NCBI GenBank assembly: GCA_040225955.1
Contig: JBECUL010000003.1
Coordinates: forward strand, 1 to 64,000
From: Candidatus Asgardarchaeum abyssi
GTDB taxonomy: Archaea > Asgardarchaeota > Asgardarchaeia > Asgardarchaeales > Asgardarchaeaceae
Reading direction: 5' to 3'
Length of the DNA stretch: 64,000 bases
Shown piece by piece: positions 1 to 10,971 of this stretch (the first letter of the stretch is position 1; each line of letters starts with the position of its first letter). The notes below the pieces were generated by a model, which saw only the letters and a list, made by a program, of their open reading frames with translations, was not told where the DNA came from and did not search any database. A program made the translations under genes and the position numbers.

Positions 1-476
1 GTGGCTGTTGGTATCGTATGCGGTGCTGCTTTTGAAGGGGTCTGGGGAGTGGGTTAGAATGCACAAATATCTTCGTACCAGGCTAAAAGTCGTACTGGTA
101 CTTTGAGGACCGAATCGAATTTGGAATGGTGATGCAGAGTTCGTGGTTAGTGTTAAGTCTAACGTATGGTTAAAGATGCTGATGCTGTTTTCTAATTCGG
201 CAATTTCGAGTAAAACAGGGCTGAATTAAAAAATCGGCGATCGGAAGATTCAAAACGGAAAAATAGGCGAAATAATTTTTTCTTTACTATGCTTACGAGA
301 ATGCTGTACATGCACGTCTCTTCACATAATTATCTTGTGAGAGTACTATAGAACGCATTACTACATTACTGACGACGCAAATAAAGGTAACATTACCGGG
401 AATCACAGAAAAGTACCCAAAGAAAGCAGAGCTACGGTACATCCTTAAAATAGTACCTGAAACGGCACTTAGTCGA

Positions 477-1124
477 ATGTTGCAGATAACCGATGCCTGG
501 GCCACACATATCGCAAAACACCTTTTTGATTGGTGCACTGACATGTTCATCGTGGATGGAAGTGATCTAGAAACGCGTATTAAGGACTTTGACGAGATCA
601 AAGGGCGCTTGCAGTATCGCCAAAAGACATACACGGTCACATTAGTCACGAGATACATTACGAATACGGTACCGATGGTTATCCGTATGGCTCCTCAGGT
701 GGTAGTAAAAGACATTATAAAGGTTGTCAAGGCACGATATATAATCGCAGATAAGGGTTATCGCAACATTGTAAACATTTGGGACGCCATAAGAAACAAC
801 GTTGTCTTTCTAACACCGTATGTTATAGATAGACTTGAGGGAGCAGTGAAGGAGCTTGCGGAGTTCTTATACAGGTTAAGGAAACCGGGCGAGCGGCCGT
901 TTGGTAACTTCAGTACGCGGATGACTCGACTCTTTTCAATGGACCCTGACATGTGCTACAAGGAGCTATTAGCGTATCTCACAGCTCACAACATTCGAAG
1001 TTACTTCAGGGTGGCTTTGTTAAACCGGCTCGTCACCCCGATTGGGTCGCGGTTCAAAAGAGAGGCTTTGCAGAAGGCTCACGAGTGTCTCATGCTAGCA
1101 ATTAGAGAGGCATATAAGCTATAG
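477..1124 (+). CDS. Hypothetical protein (orphan) in a compositionally atypical segment
   Basis: 215-aa ORF with no recognisable motif; region 1-1240 is visibly GC-richer and uses CGN Arg codons more than neighbouring genes; start uncertain. Confidence 0.5.
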   Translation: MLQITDAWATHIAKHLFDWCTDMFIVDGSDLETRIKDFDEIKGRLQYRQKTYTVTLVTRYITNTVPMVIRMAPQVVVKDIIKVVKARYIIADKGYRNIVNIWDAIRNNVVFLTPYVIDRLEGAVKELAEFLYRLRKPGERPFGNFSTRMTRLFSMDPDMCYKELLAYLTAHNIRSYFRVALLNRLVTPIGSRFKREALQKAHECLMLAIREAYKL

Positions 1125-1372
1125 TATTTTACAAGATACGGGTTGTGAACTGCGGATGTACTAGTGTGTAGTCTATCAAGTCATTCATTCGAGACTGTGT
1201 AAAAGCGAACTGCGAGACGATTTTCGAGACCGATACCTTTCAAACGAAGATTTTAAATCTTTACTAAACTAATTTTTTACGGGTTCGAAAATAAGAAAAC
1301 ATATTTACAATGTATACTTATGTTTTTGCGACTTAAAATTATGTTCATAGTGGGTCATATGGTGAACTATAA

Positions 1373-2248
1373 ATGCTATTGAGAAATATTTTAAAAAATG
1401 GAATAATATCGGATGGAGATTGGGATGGTGTTTTTGCGACCGGGCTCCTTATTAACTGGGCATATAGTTATGGTATTATTCCCTCATTTTATTTTCCCTC
1501 ACCAGTTGAATTAAAAAACCTAAGTGTCATAGAGAAAGTGTCTGTCGAGATAGTTCCAACTAAAACTGTTGTAAAAAATAGTATAATATTTGATCATCAT
1601 GAAGGCCCACAAACGGATACTTATGAGAATAATAATATCTGGATCTATGGTAAAGTTAAAAGTGTTGCCCGTTTGGTAGCTAACTTTTTAGAAGTTGATG
1701 TAGATGAAAAGTGGATACTAGCAATAGATGAAGTAGATTCTGCTAATATAAAGTCTGAACTCAGTAAAATTTTATTTAAAGCTTACCAAGCAGATGTAAC
1801 CCACTTTCCAAGAGATAAGATAGCAAAATTGGTTGCTGAATTTAAATTTAATGAATTACTAGATGTTTGTAAAGAATTAGCTGAAAGATACGAAGTACAG
1901 GAAAAAATAGCTGATAAGCTTATTAAGAATTCATATGAAATGTTTCCCAATGTTAAATATTTCTTCTATAAAGAGGGAGAAGAGGGCGCAAAGAGAATTG
2001 CAATGATTAAACTTGAGGATAAAAATGATATCGTGATAGCAATTGGGAAGAAAGTAGATACTTATCTGCTTTCAATAGGAACAAAAAAATCCAATATAGA
2101 TCTACGTCCGCTTTTTGAAGAAGCCAGAAAGAAGGGATACAACGCTGGAGGTAGAGAAAATATTGGTGGTATACAATCCGCTAACAATATAGATAAAATC
2201 CTAGATTTCCTTAAGGAGAACATAAAGAAATTATACATTAGAGAATAA
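1373..2248 (+). CDS. DHH-family phosphoesterase with DHHA1 domain
   Basis: DGDWDG, FDHHE and C-terminal GGRENIGG motifs; GGTGA RBS. Confidence 0.85.
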   Translation: MLLRNILKNGIISDGDWDGVFATGLLINWAYSYGIIPSFYFPSPVELKNLSVIEKVSVEIVPTKTVVKNSIIFDHHEGPQTDTYENNNIWIYGKVKSVARLVANFLEVDVDEKWILAIDEVDSANIKSELSKILFKAYQADVTHFPRDKIAKLVAEFKFNELLDVCKELAERYEVQEKIADKLIKNSYEMFPNVKYFFYKEGEEGAKRIAMIKLEDKNDIVIAIGKKVDTYLLSIGTKKSNIDLRPLFEEARKKGYNAGGRENIGGIQSANNIDKILDFLKENIKKLYIRE

Positions 2249-2335
2249 AATTATTAGCATTTGTTAAAGTTGATCTGATTCTAATAGACTTTCTAATCTT
2301 CTAATATTCACTCTTTTAAAGTTTAATGTGGCATT

Positions 2336-3565
2336 CTATTTCTCTCTAACGTCTGTTGACTCTTTTTTCTTCAAACTCTCTTTCAAAAACACTACCATGA
2401 GGGTGGTATCAAAAACACATACCACAGCTGATGTGACAAATGTAGATGTTATCTCACCAGAAATCGTTGCTATTATTCCTGAGAAAATCGGACCAACACC
2501 CCAACCTAAGGATGATGCACTATTAAAGAGACCTATAGCTTCTCCTCTTTCTTCAATTGTAGTTATATCGCTTAAATAGGCTGGACCGGCAGCGTTTATT
2601 GCAGAATATCCTAAGCCATATGTGATTGTTGCTAATGAGAAATTAATAATTGTGGGCTCTAAAATTACTAAAATAGCTGAACCAGCGACAAAGCATAAAC
2701 TCCCAGTTATTAATACCATTTTTCTGCCTATTCTATCTGATAAATAACCAAATATAGTAGAAGTAAAAACACCAACCAGCGAGAGAAATGAGAAGATAAT
2801 TCCTATATATGTATTAGATAGTCCACTTTCCACCATATATATTGGAAGCAGACCTATCATTATTCCTTGCCCTAACATTAAAAGTAAAATTATGAAAAAG
2901 ACGATCATTATTTTTCCTCCCTTTTTTAAAGCTCTAAATCTGCTAAAAATAGCAATTGAGAACAACTGAAATGTTCTTTCTCGTTTAACGGACTGTATGT
3001 CCTCTATACCAGTAGGTATTACTTTTTCATCAACCAATATGAAGAACAATATAATACTAAGGGTGAAAATAATCGCATATACAAATAGAGTTTGAAATGG
3101 ACCATAGATGTCATATAAGATTCCTTGTGTGAACATTCCAGCAGAAAATCCAAACATATTCAATGAGTAAAATCCTCCAGTCCATGATCCAACTTTTTCT
3201 TTTGAAACAATGCTTGTAATTATAACTAATGTTATTACTGGGATGCCGGACACTATGGCTGCCCATAGTATTCTAAGAATTATAATTACCCACACATTTG
3301 GATATGATAAAAACAAATATATTGGAACACTTAAAAAGCCGTTTAAAGTTATGAAAATCTTCCTTTTTCGTATTATATCTGAAAGCATGCCCCAAATGGG
3401 TTGAGCAAACCCCATCATTAATGAAAAAAGAGAACTTATTAATGAGATTTCAAGATAACTTGCTCCGAGAGAATATGCATATATCTGTAACATTATATTA
3501 CTTCCGCCCCATACCAAACCTAGTGTGAAGGCAACTAAATAAGTTGAAAAAATAATTTTTCTCAT
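2336..3565 (-). CDS. MFS transporter
   Basis: ~12 hydrophobic segments; motif A copies WGMLSDIIRKRK and FGYLSDRIGRK. Confidence 0.92.
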   Translation of the reverse strand: MRKIIFSTYLVAFTLGLVWGGSNIMLQIYAYSLGASYLEISLISSLFSLMMGFAQPIWGMLSDIIRKRKIFITLNGFLSVPIYLFLSYPNVWVIIILRILWAAIVSGIPVITLVIITSIVSKEKVGSWTGGFYSLNMFGFSAGMFTQGILYDIYGPFQTLFVYAIIFTLSIILFFILVDEKVIPTGIEDIQSVKRERTFQLFSIAIFSRFRALKKGGKIMIVFFIILLLMLGQGIMIGLLPIYMVESGLSNTYIGIIFSFLSLVGVFTSTIFGYLSDRIGRKMVLITGSLCFVAGSAILVILEPTIINFSLATITYGLGYSAINAAGPAYLSDITTIEERGEAIGLFNSASSLGWGVGPIFSGIIATISGEITSTFVTSAVVCVFDTTLMVVFLKESLKKKESTDVREK

Positions 3566-3741
3566 TTTTAATCCCCAACCTTGGCTTATTGAAAAAGTTC
3601 AAGCAATTCTTTAATTCCTCGTTTAAAAATGTTACTAAGTTTTTTATTGTAGAAGAAGATCGAAATATTAACGTTCTGAAATTCTAAGTTAGCAGAAAAA
3701 CTTGAAAATAAAACAAGAAAGTAAAAGAAAAGATTATTAAA

Positions 3742-4809
3742 TTACTCCCACTTACTCGGATAAACTAACACCTTTAGACCTTTGCGCTTGTCTGCTATTT
3801 CAATTGCTTCATGTAGCTTTGAAAATGGGAGCTTGTGGCTGACAAGAGGCATCACTTTGATGGTTCTCTGAGCTATTATATTTATTGCTCTCTGGAATTG
3901 CTCTGAGGTTTTATCATATGAACCCATTAATTGTACTTCTTTATAATGGATGAGATTCGGATTTATAACCATTTGTGGTTCTCCATGTACATGAACACCC
4001 GCATATAGTAAGACTTTACCAAGGGGGGCTACTATCTTCATAGCACTTTCTTGGACTTTTGTATTACCAACAGTTACAACAACATAATCCGCTCCTTTAC
4101 CATTTGTAAGTTCCTTCACTTTTTCTTCAGGGTCTTCTTTAGTTATATTTATTACCTCGTCTGCTCCCAGTTCTTTAGCTTTCTTGAGTCTATCCTCGAT
4201 AAGATCAGTGATAATAACTTGAACGCCACCAGCATATTTTAACATCTGCATATGAAGTAAACCCATTGGTCCAGAACCTATAACTACCGCGACTTTTCCA
4301 GGTTTGGCATTAAGCATTTCAAATCCATTTAACACACATGCTAGTGGCTCGGTGAATGCTGCCTCCTCAAATGTTAAATCATCTGGAATTTTGTATGTTT
4401 GATAGTCCACGGTCTTTATATATTCAGCCCATGATAAATACCCTAAGTTTCTCTTGTTCTCACATAGGTTAGATTTCCCTATTTTACAATAGTAACATCT
4501 ACCGCACCTTATTATAGTGTCTGCTACTACTCTATCGCCTACTTTAACATTATCCACAGCATCACCAACTTTAACGACAGTCCCAGAAAATTCATGTCCT
4601 GCCATACCTATAATTTTAACACCTGGCGGCCCCCATTGTTTTCCTAAATGCACTGCGTGTATCCCTGTAGGACATAAGGCATCTACTTCCACTTTTATAA
4701 GGACCTCATGAGGCCCTACATCAGGAACGTCTACCTCTTCAATTCTTAAATCATCAGGACCATATAATATTGTTGCCTTCATCTTTTTTGGAATTTCCAT
4801 AAACATCAC
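3742..4809 (-). CDS. Zn-dependent medium-chain (polyol/iditol-type) dehydrogenase
   Basis: GHEFSG, structural Zn CGRCYYC...C, Rossmann GSGPMG. Confidence 0.9.
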   Translation of the reverse strand: MMFMEIPKKMKATILYGPDDLRIEEVDVPDVGPHEVLIKVEVDALCPTGIHAVHLGKQWGPPGVKIIGMAGHEFSGTVVKVGDAVDNVKVGDRVVADTIIRCGRCYYCKIGKSNLCENKRNLGYLSWAEYIKTVDYQTYKIPDDLTFEEAAFTEPLACVLNGFEMLNAKPGKVAVVIGSGPMGLLHMQMLKYAGGVQVIITDLIEDRLKKAKELGADEVINITKEDPEEKVKELTNGKGADYVVVTVGNTKVQESAMKIVAPLGKVLLYAGVHVHGEPQMVINPNLIHYKEVQLMGSYDKTSEQFQRAINIIAQRTIKVMPLVSHKLPFSKLHEAIEIADKRKGLKVLVYPSKWE

Positions 4810-4822
4810 ATCCCTTCATAAC

Positions 4823-5638
4823 TTAATCAGATTCTAAAATTTCTAAAGCCTCATCAACGCTCGCATTCTCATGAACTATTTTTGCTATTGCTTTAACCAT
4901 CTTTGCGGGATCTTTCGCTTGCCAAATATTTCTACCGAATATAACACCATGAGCACCAGCATCCATTGCACCCTTAATGTCTTCAAACACTTCTCTGACG
5001 CTTTCTCTCTTTGGACCACCTAGTATTAGTATAGGGACTGGGCATCCTTCAACGACCTCTTTAAATGTCTTGGGATCACCAGTATAAAACGTCTTAATCA
5101 TATCAGCGCCAAGTTCTGCAGCAACTCTTGCTGCAACTTTTACTGCCTTAACATCATGTGAGCTGGGTACCTTTGGACCACTAGGCCATGTTTCCACAAC
5201 GGCTACTAATCCATATTCTCTTGCTTCCTCTATAACTGTTGACAATACAGACATATTTTCAAGTTCGTATCTCGATCCTATGAAGCCCATTACTATGACA
5301 CCATCGGCACCAAGCTTTACAGCACTCTCGATAGTATTGTACATATAATTTCTCCTGTCTTCTAAAGGATTGAATATTGTTCCACCTATATCGATACGCA
5401 TAATAACCCCTATTTGACCAGCAATTACATCTGCGAATTTTTCTATGATTCCAGCATTAAGAAGCATTGCATCAGCTCCACCCTCAATCACTTTTTTAAT
5501 AGTCTCACCGGGCTTTATAATACCCTCCATCGGCCCTGCAAATCCACCATGGTCCATGGCAACAATGACGGCATTTCCGGTAGATTTTCTTAAAATTCTA
5601 TACATTCTCATAATTTTACCTGGTATCATTATTTTCAC
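4823..5638 (-). CDS. DhnA-type class I aldolase (FBP aldolase/ADH synthase/LsrF family)
   Basis: AMDHG, AAELGADMIKT (Schiff-base Lys), ILGGPK, GRNIWQ. Confidence 0.9.
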   Translation of the reverse strand: MKIMIPGKIMRMYRILRKSTGNAVIVAMDHGGFAGPMEGIIKPGETIKKVIEGGADAMLLNAGIIEKFADVIAGQIGVIMRIDIGGTIFNPLEDRRNYMYNTIESAVKLGADGVIVMGFIGSRYELENMSVLSTVIEEAREYGLVAVVETWPSGPKVPSSHDVKAVKVAARVAAELGADMIKTFYTGDPKTFKEVVEGCPVPILILGGPKRESVREVFEDIKGAMDAGAHGVIFGRNIWQAKDPAKMVKAIAKIVHENASVDEALEILESD

Positions 5639-5645
5639 ATCCTAA

Positions 5646-6272
5646 TTAACTATGTGGTGCTTCAACAGCCTCGAGTTTATCAATCTTATTTTCATCTAAA
5701 GACTCTAAACTGGCTCCACATACACTACAAAAGATAGCACTACTTTCTATCTTAGCACCACACTTTGGGCATGTTCTTTCAGCCTTCTGAATAAGTTGCT
5801 CTATCATTTCTTTTGATAATCCAAGTGCTCCTTTTTTAGTAATTCTTCCAGCAATGAGTCCACCAAAGCCACAAAGTAAGCCGTTTGCTACTAGTGGATA
5901 TAAGAAATATACAATGAAGTAGAACTCGCCCAATGCGGTATGCGGAAGATATGTTTCACCTTTAATTAATAATGTAACTGCATACAATATTATCATCATT
6001 AAGCCAGATAAGTAGAAACCGTAAACAAAACCTTTTCCGCTTTTTCTAATAAGCCCTCCTATGACTAGTCCTATTCCAATCCATATTGCAATATAGATGT
6101 TGCTGTAGTCATTCCAAAAGAGTATATGAAGGGCTCCGAGTATCTCGGCCAAATAAGGAATACTTATTGAACCATAAACTTCTCTAGCAATTGTGGTTAC
6201 GTCATTGTAGAAAAGAATCAATGGTATCACTATACTCATAACCATTCCGACCAAAAGAACCTTTTTTCCCAT
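5646..6272 (-). CDS. Membrane protein with C-terminal zinc ribbon
   Basis: 4 TM segments; CPKCG...FCSVCG; ATG at 6272 follows a GAGG RBS (ORF track extends to 6302). Confidence 0.75.
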   Translation of the reverse strand: MGKKVLLVGMVMSIVIPLILFYNDVTTIAREVYGSISIPYLAEILGALHILFWNDYSNIYIAIWIGIGLVIGGLIRKSGKGFVYGFYLSGLMMIILYAVTLLIKGETYLPHTALGEFYFIVYFLYPLVANGLLCGFGGLIAGRITKKGALGLSKEMIEQLIQKAERTCPKCGAKIESSAIFCSVCGASLESLDENKIDKLEAVEAPHS

Positions 6273-6494
6273 ATTTTTAACCTCACGTGAAAGTTTCACC
6301 AAAGCTCTATAAGAATTTGCTTTATAAGGTATAATAAGTTTATTGAAGTTATATTAAGGATTTGATTTTTGTTTGAGAATTTTTCCTCTTTTTTACTTAA
6401 TTTTATAAATAAAATTATAACCATATTGCAAATAATATCAAAATCGTAAATAATCTTGAATAACAAAAACAGAGATTTTATAATGGTGAGTTGA

Positions 6495-7928
6495 ATGTCA
6501 TCCAATGATTATATTCTAAGTATTGATTTAGGAACTACTGGCTGCAAGACTGTAATTTTTGATCTTGAAGGAAATGAAGTATCAAAGGAATACGTTGAGT
6601 ATCCCTTATATGTGTCTGGAAAGGAGAACTTAAGTGAACAAGATCCATTGGATTGGTGGAATGCTGTTGTTTATACCATTAGAAAAAGTCTTATCAAAAA
6701 GAATATTTCTCCCTCTAAAATTAAAGGGGTTGGTGTCACAGGGCAAAGTACAAGTGTTGTATTTCTAAGTGAGAGAGGATCTCCATTAAGACCTGCAATT
6801 CTTTATTCTGATGCTAGGGCTGAAAAATATATCCCAGAAATGACAGAAAAGGTAGGGCAAATGAATTATGTTGAAAACAAATTTTTCACAAACTTGCGGT
6901 GGATAAGAGAAAATGAGCCAGAGACGTATTCAAGGATCTCTCATGTTATAGATGCTAAAGAATTTATTGGATATAAATTGACTGGCGAGCTTACAATGGA
7001 TTCCTTTGTAATAGATCCTAAACGACTTAAGATGTTAGCACAAGCGTTTGATGTTCCTACAAAATTCTTTGGTCGTTTTCATACATACAGTGAGCCTATA
7101 GGATATATCTCTGGAGAAGCAAGCGAACTGACTAGTCTTTCAGAGGGAACACCAGTTATAATTGGTCCCTGGGATGGAATGTGTAACGTTATAGGATCTG
7201 GGTTAATGGATGAAGGAGATACTATGGATGTTGCTGGAACGACAGAAATAGTTGCTTCTATATCACTTCAAAAAATAGATGAGTTTTCATACAAACATGT
7301 TTTAGAAGGAAGATGGATCGCGTATACATCTACGTCATTAGCTGTTAGTTTCAGATGGTTCAGAGACATTCTTTTAAGTCTCTTCAAAGTTAGTGATGAA
7401 ATTGATATATATGAGGTATTAAATTCAAAAGCTAATAAAGTACCTCCTGGAAGCAATGGTTTACTTTTTATTCCGACAATGCAGGGAGAGTTCTTTAAAC
7501 CTCATTTGAGAGGTGGTTTTATTGGATTATCACTAGATCACAATATAGGTCATATAACACGTGCAATCTTTGAGGGTGTTGCTTTGTATCTAAGAAAGAT
7601 GCTCGAATCATTTGAGGAAAGAGGATTTAAAATAGGCAATATTCGTGTAAGTGGAGGTGGGGCAAGCAGCAGCCTTTGGAATCAGATAAAAGCAGATGTT
7701 CTTAATAAAAAGTTGCTAGTTCTAAAGAGCAAAGAGACAGCAGCACTTGGCGCAGCTATGCTTGCTGCAACAGCATTAGGATATCATTCTCACCTAGAAA
7801 AAGCTATGAGTAACATGTCACATGTAGCATATGCTGTCGAGCCAAATCCCAAGAATGTTCAATTTTATGATAAACTATATAGAAAATTCATAAATGCCTT
7901 CAAATTTTTTGATGAATTCCTTTTATAA
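6495..7928 (+). CDS. FGGY-family carbohydrate kinase (xylulokinase-like)
   Basis: SIDLGTTGCK, TGQ, SGGGASS, AALGAA motifs. Confidence 0.92.
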   Translation: MSSNDYILSIDLGTTGCKTVIFDLEGNEVSKEYVEYPLYVSGKENLSEQDPLDWWNAVVYTIRKSLIKKNISPSKIKGVGVTGQSTSVVFLSERGSPLRPAILYSDARAEKYIPEMTEKVGQMNYVENKFFTNLRWIRENEPETYSRISHVIDAKEFIGYKLTGELTMDSFVIDPKRLKMLAQAFDVPTKFFGRFHTYSEPIGYISGEASELTSLSEGTPVIIGPWDGMCNVIGSGLMDEGDTMDVAGTTEIVASISLQKIDEFSYKHVLEGRWIAYTSTSLAVSFRWFRDILLSLFKVSDEIDIYEVLNSKANKVPPGSNGLLFIPTMQGEFFKPHLRGGFIGLSLDHNIGHITRAIFEGVALYLRKMLESFEERGFKIGNIRVSGGGASSSLWNQIKADVLNKKLLVLKSKETAALGAAMLAATALGYHSHLEKAMSNMSHVAYAVEPNPKNVQFYDKLYRKFINAFKFFDEFLL

Positions 7929-8159
7929 TTTTTTTACTTTTTTGTTTTATGAAAATTTTTTTATTATAAAAATTTGTTTATTAGAATAAATTAAATTATG
8001 AAAAAACTATATATTTATCCTCTTATTATTTAACAACTGATTGAGTATATTACTTTGCAATTTTTGCAATAAGAGCTCATATATAATAACAAATACAAAT
8101 ATTAAATTATGTAAGAAATAAGAAAGTGACAAAAATAAGAAAAAATATGGTGAATAATT

Positions 8160-8975
8160 ATGAGTTTGGCTGAAAAGATAGGTCCCAAACAAGCTCTTAT
8201 GATCTCGGTGGCTAGTGTTGTTATTGGACTTATAGCTATACTAGTTGGTCAGCCATGGACTGAAGTGTTGGGTCCATCCTACTCTCCAGCTAGAATAGGA
8301 TTAGGATATGCAGTTGCAATCTTTATATATCTCATTCCAGCTATAATTTGTGTGCTTCGCTTCATTCAGGTGCCTGAATGGTTAGCACCTCCTGGTAAAT
8401 ATAGCCCTGAGGTAAAGTATGAGCCTTTTTCTGCATATACCCTTATCGCTACTGCTATCGCTGCAGCTATATATGCTGTTGGTGGTCTACCAACGGGTGT
8501 TAACATAGACCTTCCTGCTTTAATTACAGCGTTCGTAGCTGTCTATTTCGGTCCATTAGTTTCACTAATAGCATGGTTTATCGGCTTCTTCATAAGATGG
8601 GCTATTGGTGGAGCTACTTGGCTACCAGCTCCTTTAATAGGGCCATTAGTTGCAATTATTGATAGCGGTGTATGGGCTGTAAACGCCTACATATACTGGT
8701 ATGTGATGCGATCTGGACGGTTTAAGATAACTGGTGCAAATAGATACGCGTACCTAGTTGTATTAATAATTGTGATGATCCTTATACACCTATTTGGTTG
8801 GCTTATTGTCTATGCATTCACACAGAATCCATGGGCAGCTTACGTTGCTTATGCCACCTTTGCTCTTTCTACATGGTATCCAACCACAATAGTTTTCATC
8901 ATAATTGGAGCAATCATTGGCGAAACTGCATATGAATCAAGAGCTGCTCTTGCAAAAATAGAGGCTGTTGAATAA
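8160..8975 (+). CDS. Probable ECF transporter substrate-binding (S) component
   Basis: Highly hydrophobic; AIAAAIYA and FVAVYFGP patterns; directly upstream of ECF ATPase and T genes. Confidence 0.7.
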   Translation: MSLAEKIGPKQALMISVASVVIGLIAILVGQPWTEVLGPSYSPARIGLGYAVAIFIYLIPAIICVLRFIQVPEWLAPPGKYSPEVKYEPFSAYTLIATAIAAAIYAVGGLPTGVNIDLPALITAFVAVYFGPLVSLIAWFIGFFIRWAIGGATWLPAPLIGPLVAIIDSGVWAVNAYIYWYVMRSGRFKITGANRYAYLVVLIIVMILIHLFGWLIVYAFTQNPWAAYVAYATFALSTWYPTTIVFIIIGAIIGETAYESRAALAKIEAVE

Positions 8976-9182
8976 AAACAGTGTCGTTAGCAAAAAATAT
9001 TTGCTAAATTTTCTTTTTTCTTTTTATTTGGTTTTTGTTTGAGATTTTTAGTAAAGATTTTAAGAGTAATTAGCAATATCTCCTTAAATATAGTATAAAA
9101 TTTGATAAAATTAAGTAAGTGTTTAAATATAATGTTTTTGTAAGAAAAACTCAAATAAGTTGATATAAGGAGTGATGCCTTC

Positions 9183-10967
9183 ATGGATTATATTGTAAGG
9201 CTTGAGAATGTTACATTTACATACCTTCATAGGAAAACTCCTGTTCTTAAAGAGATAAATCTTGAGATAAGACCTGGGGAATTCGTTTCTCTTATAGGAC
9301 CCCTTGGTGCTGGTAAATCAACACTGCTATACACAATGAATGGCGTAATACCTCATCATTTTCCAGGAAAACTTGAAGGTAATGTACTTGTAGAAGGACT
9401 AAACACAAAAGAGCATACAATCGTTGATCTCGCAAAGCATGTTGGTCTTGTAGTTGAAGATCCACAGATTCAAATTTTTAATATCACTGTAGAGGATGAT
9501 GTAGCTTTTGGTCCAATTAACTTAAATTTGCCAGAGGATGAAATAACAGAGCGTGTTGAATACGCGCTTGATGTCCTTAGATTGAAAGAATTAAGAGATA
9601 GGCATCCAAGAGAGTTGTCTGGTGGACAGCAACAAAGAGTGGCTCTTGCAGGCGCTTTGGCTATGAGACCTAAGTTGATAGCTTTAGACGAGCCTATCTC
9701 TATGTTAGACCCAATAGGTAAGAATGAAGTTCTCTCTGCAATCAGAGAACTAAATAGAAAATATGGAATTGCATGTATTATCTCAGAATCTGGATCTGAT
9801 ATCGAACAAGTAATTGAACTATCTACACGAGTATTAGTAATGGATAATGGAAAAATAATTCTTGATGGTGATGTCCACGAAGCTCTAAAAGACGAACTCC
9901 TTCAAGAACTTGGTGTTGGTTTACCTCAGGTTTCTTATCTCTTCTTAGCTCTTAAGAAAAGATATAATTTAGATGTTAGAACACCTGCTACTGTAGAAGA
10001 AGCTGTCGAAGCTCTTGTTGATCTGATTGAAAAACGGAAGTTAAAAATAAAGAAAGAGGCTATTGAGGCTTTTACCAAATATACTTCAAGCGGAGGTAAA
10101 GAAATAGGTAAGGAAGGAGAATCTAAGAGTTCTGGTAAGCCTGAAAGAAAGCCAATTTTAATTGCGTCTAATATTTGGTTCACATATCCTGGTGGTGTTA
10201 CTGCAGTCAAAGGTGTCAGTTTAAAACTTTATGAGGGTGAACTTGTTGCATTAATAGGTCAGAATGGTTCGGGTAAATCTACACTAGCTTTAACATTAGC
10301 TGGGGCATATACACCTACTAACCATGACAGCGTGATTCTTGTAAATGGTGAAGATATAAAGAAAATGCCTTTGCACAAAAGAATACGATATGTTAACTAT
10401 GTGTTTCAAAATCCAGATAATCAGCTGTTCAGCGCAAGAGTCTGGGACGAGATAATTTTCGCTTTAAAGATGGTTGGTGAAAAACCAGAGGTTATAAAGA
10501 AAATAGGAAAAGAAGTAATCGAAATCTTTGGTTTATCTGATATTAAAAACAGACAGATAGTGGACCTCACAAAGGACAAAAAAACTCTTGTAGCAATAGC
10601 AAGCGTTTATGTATTGCAACCAAAGGTTATGATAATTGACGAGCCAACTGGAGGCCTAGATAGAAAAAGTGCAACTCAGTTAATGAGACATCTTGTAGAG
10701 ATGAAAAATCGAGGGCATTCAGTAGTTATTATAACGCATGATATGAGGCTCGTTTATGAATTTGCTGATAGAGTAATCGTAATGCACGAAGGAAAAATAC
10801 TTCTGGACGGCAAACCTGGTGATGTGTTTTCACAATTTGATGTACTAAAGAGAGCATTTATAGTGCCGCCACAAATATCCCGTGTTGCAGCAGCATTGAA
10901 GGATTATGGAGTTCCACCAACAATATATAAGGTTGAGGAGATGTTAGAACTGTTAGAAGGGGGTTAA
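9183..10967 (+). CDS. ECF transporter fused double ATPase (EcfAA')
   Basis: Two Walker A motifs (GPLGAGKS, GQNGSGKS), LSGGQ signature in domain 1, FQNPD Q-loop, LDEP/IDEP Walker B. Confidence 0.93.
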   Translation: MDYIVRLENVTFTYLHRKTPVLKEINLEIRPGEFVSLIGPLGAGKSTLLYTMNGVIPHHFPGKLEGNVLVEGLNTKEHTIVDLAKHVGLVVEDPQIQIFNITVEDDVAFGPINLNLPEDEITERVEYALDVLRLKELRDRHPRELSGGQQQRVALAGALAMRPKLIALDEPISMLDPIGKNEVLSAIRELNRKYGIACIISESGSDIEQVIELSTRVLVMDNGKIILDGDVHEALKDELLQELGVGLPQVSYLFLALKKRYNLDVRTPATVEEAVEALVDLIEKRKLKIKKEAIEAFTKYTSSGGKEIGKEGESKSSGKPERKPILIASNIWFTYPGGVTAVKGVSLKLYEGELVALIGQNGSGKSTLALTLAGAYTPTNHDSVILVNGEDIKKMPLHKRIRYVNYVFQNPDNQLFSARVWDEIIFALKMVGEKPEVIKKIGKEVIEIFGLSDIKNRQIVDLTKDKKTLVAIASVYVLQPKVMIIDEPTGGLDRKSATQLMRHLVEMKNRGHSVVIITHDMRLVYEFADRVIVMHEGKILLDGKPGDVFSQFDVLKRAFIVPPQISRVAAALKDYGVPPTIYKVEEMLELLEGG

Positions 10968-10971
10968 TGAG

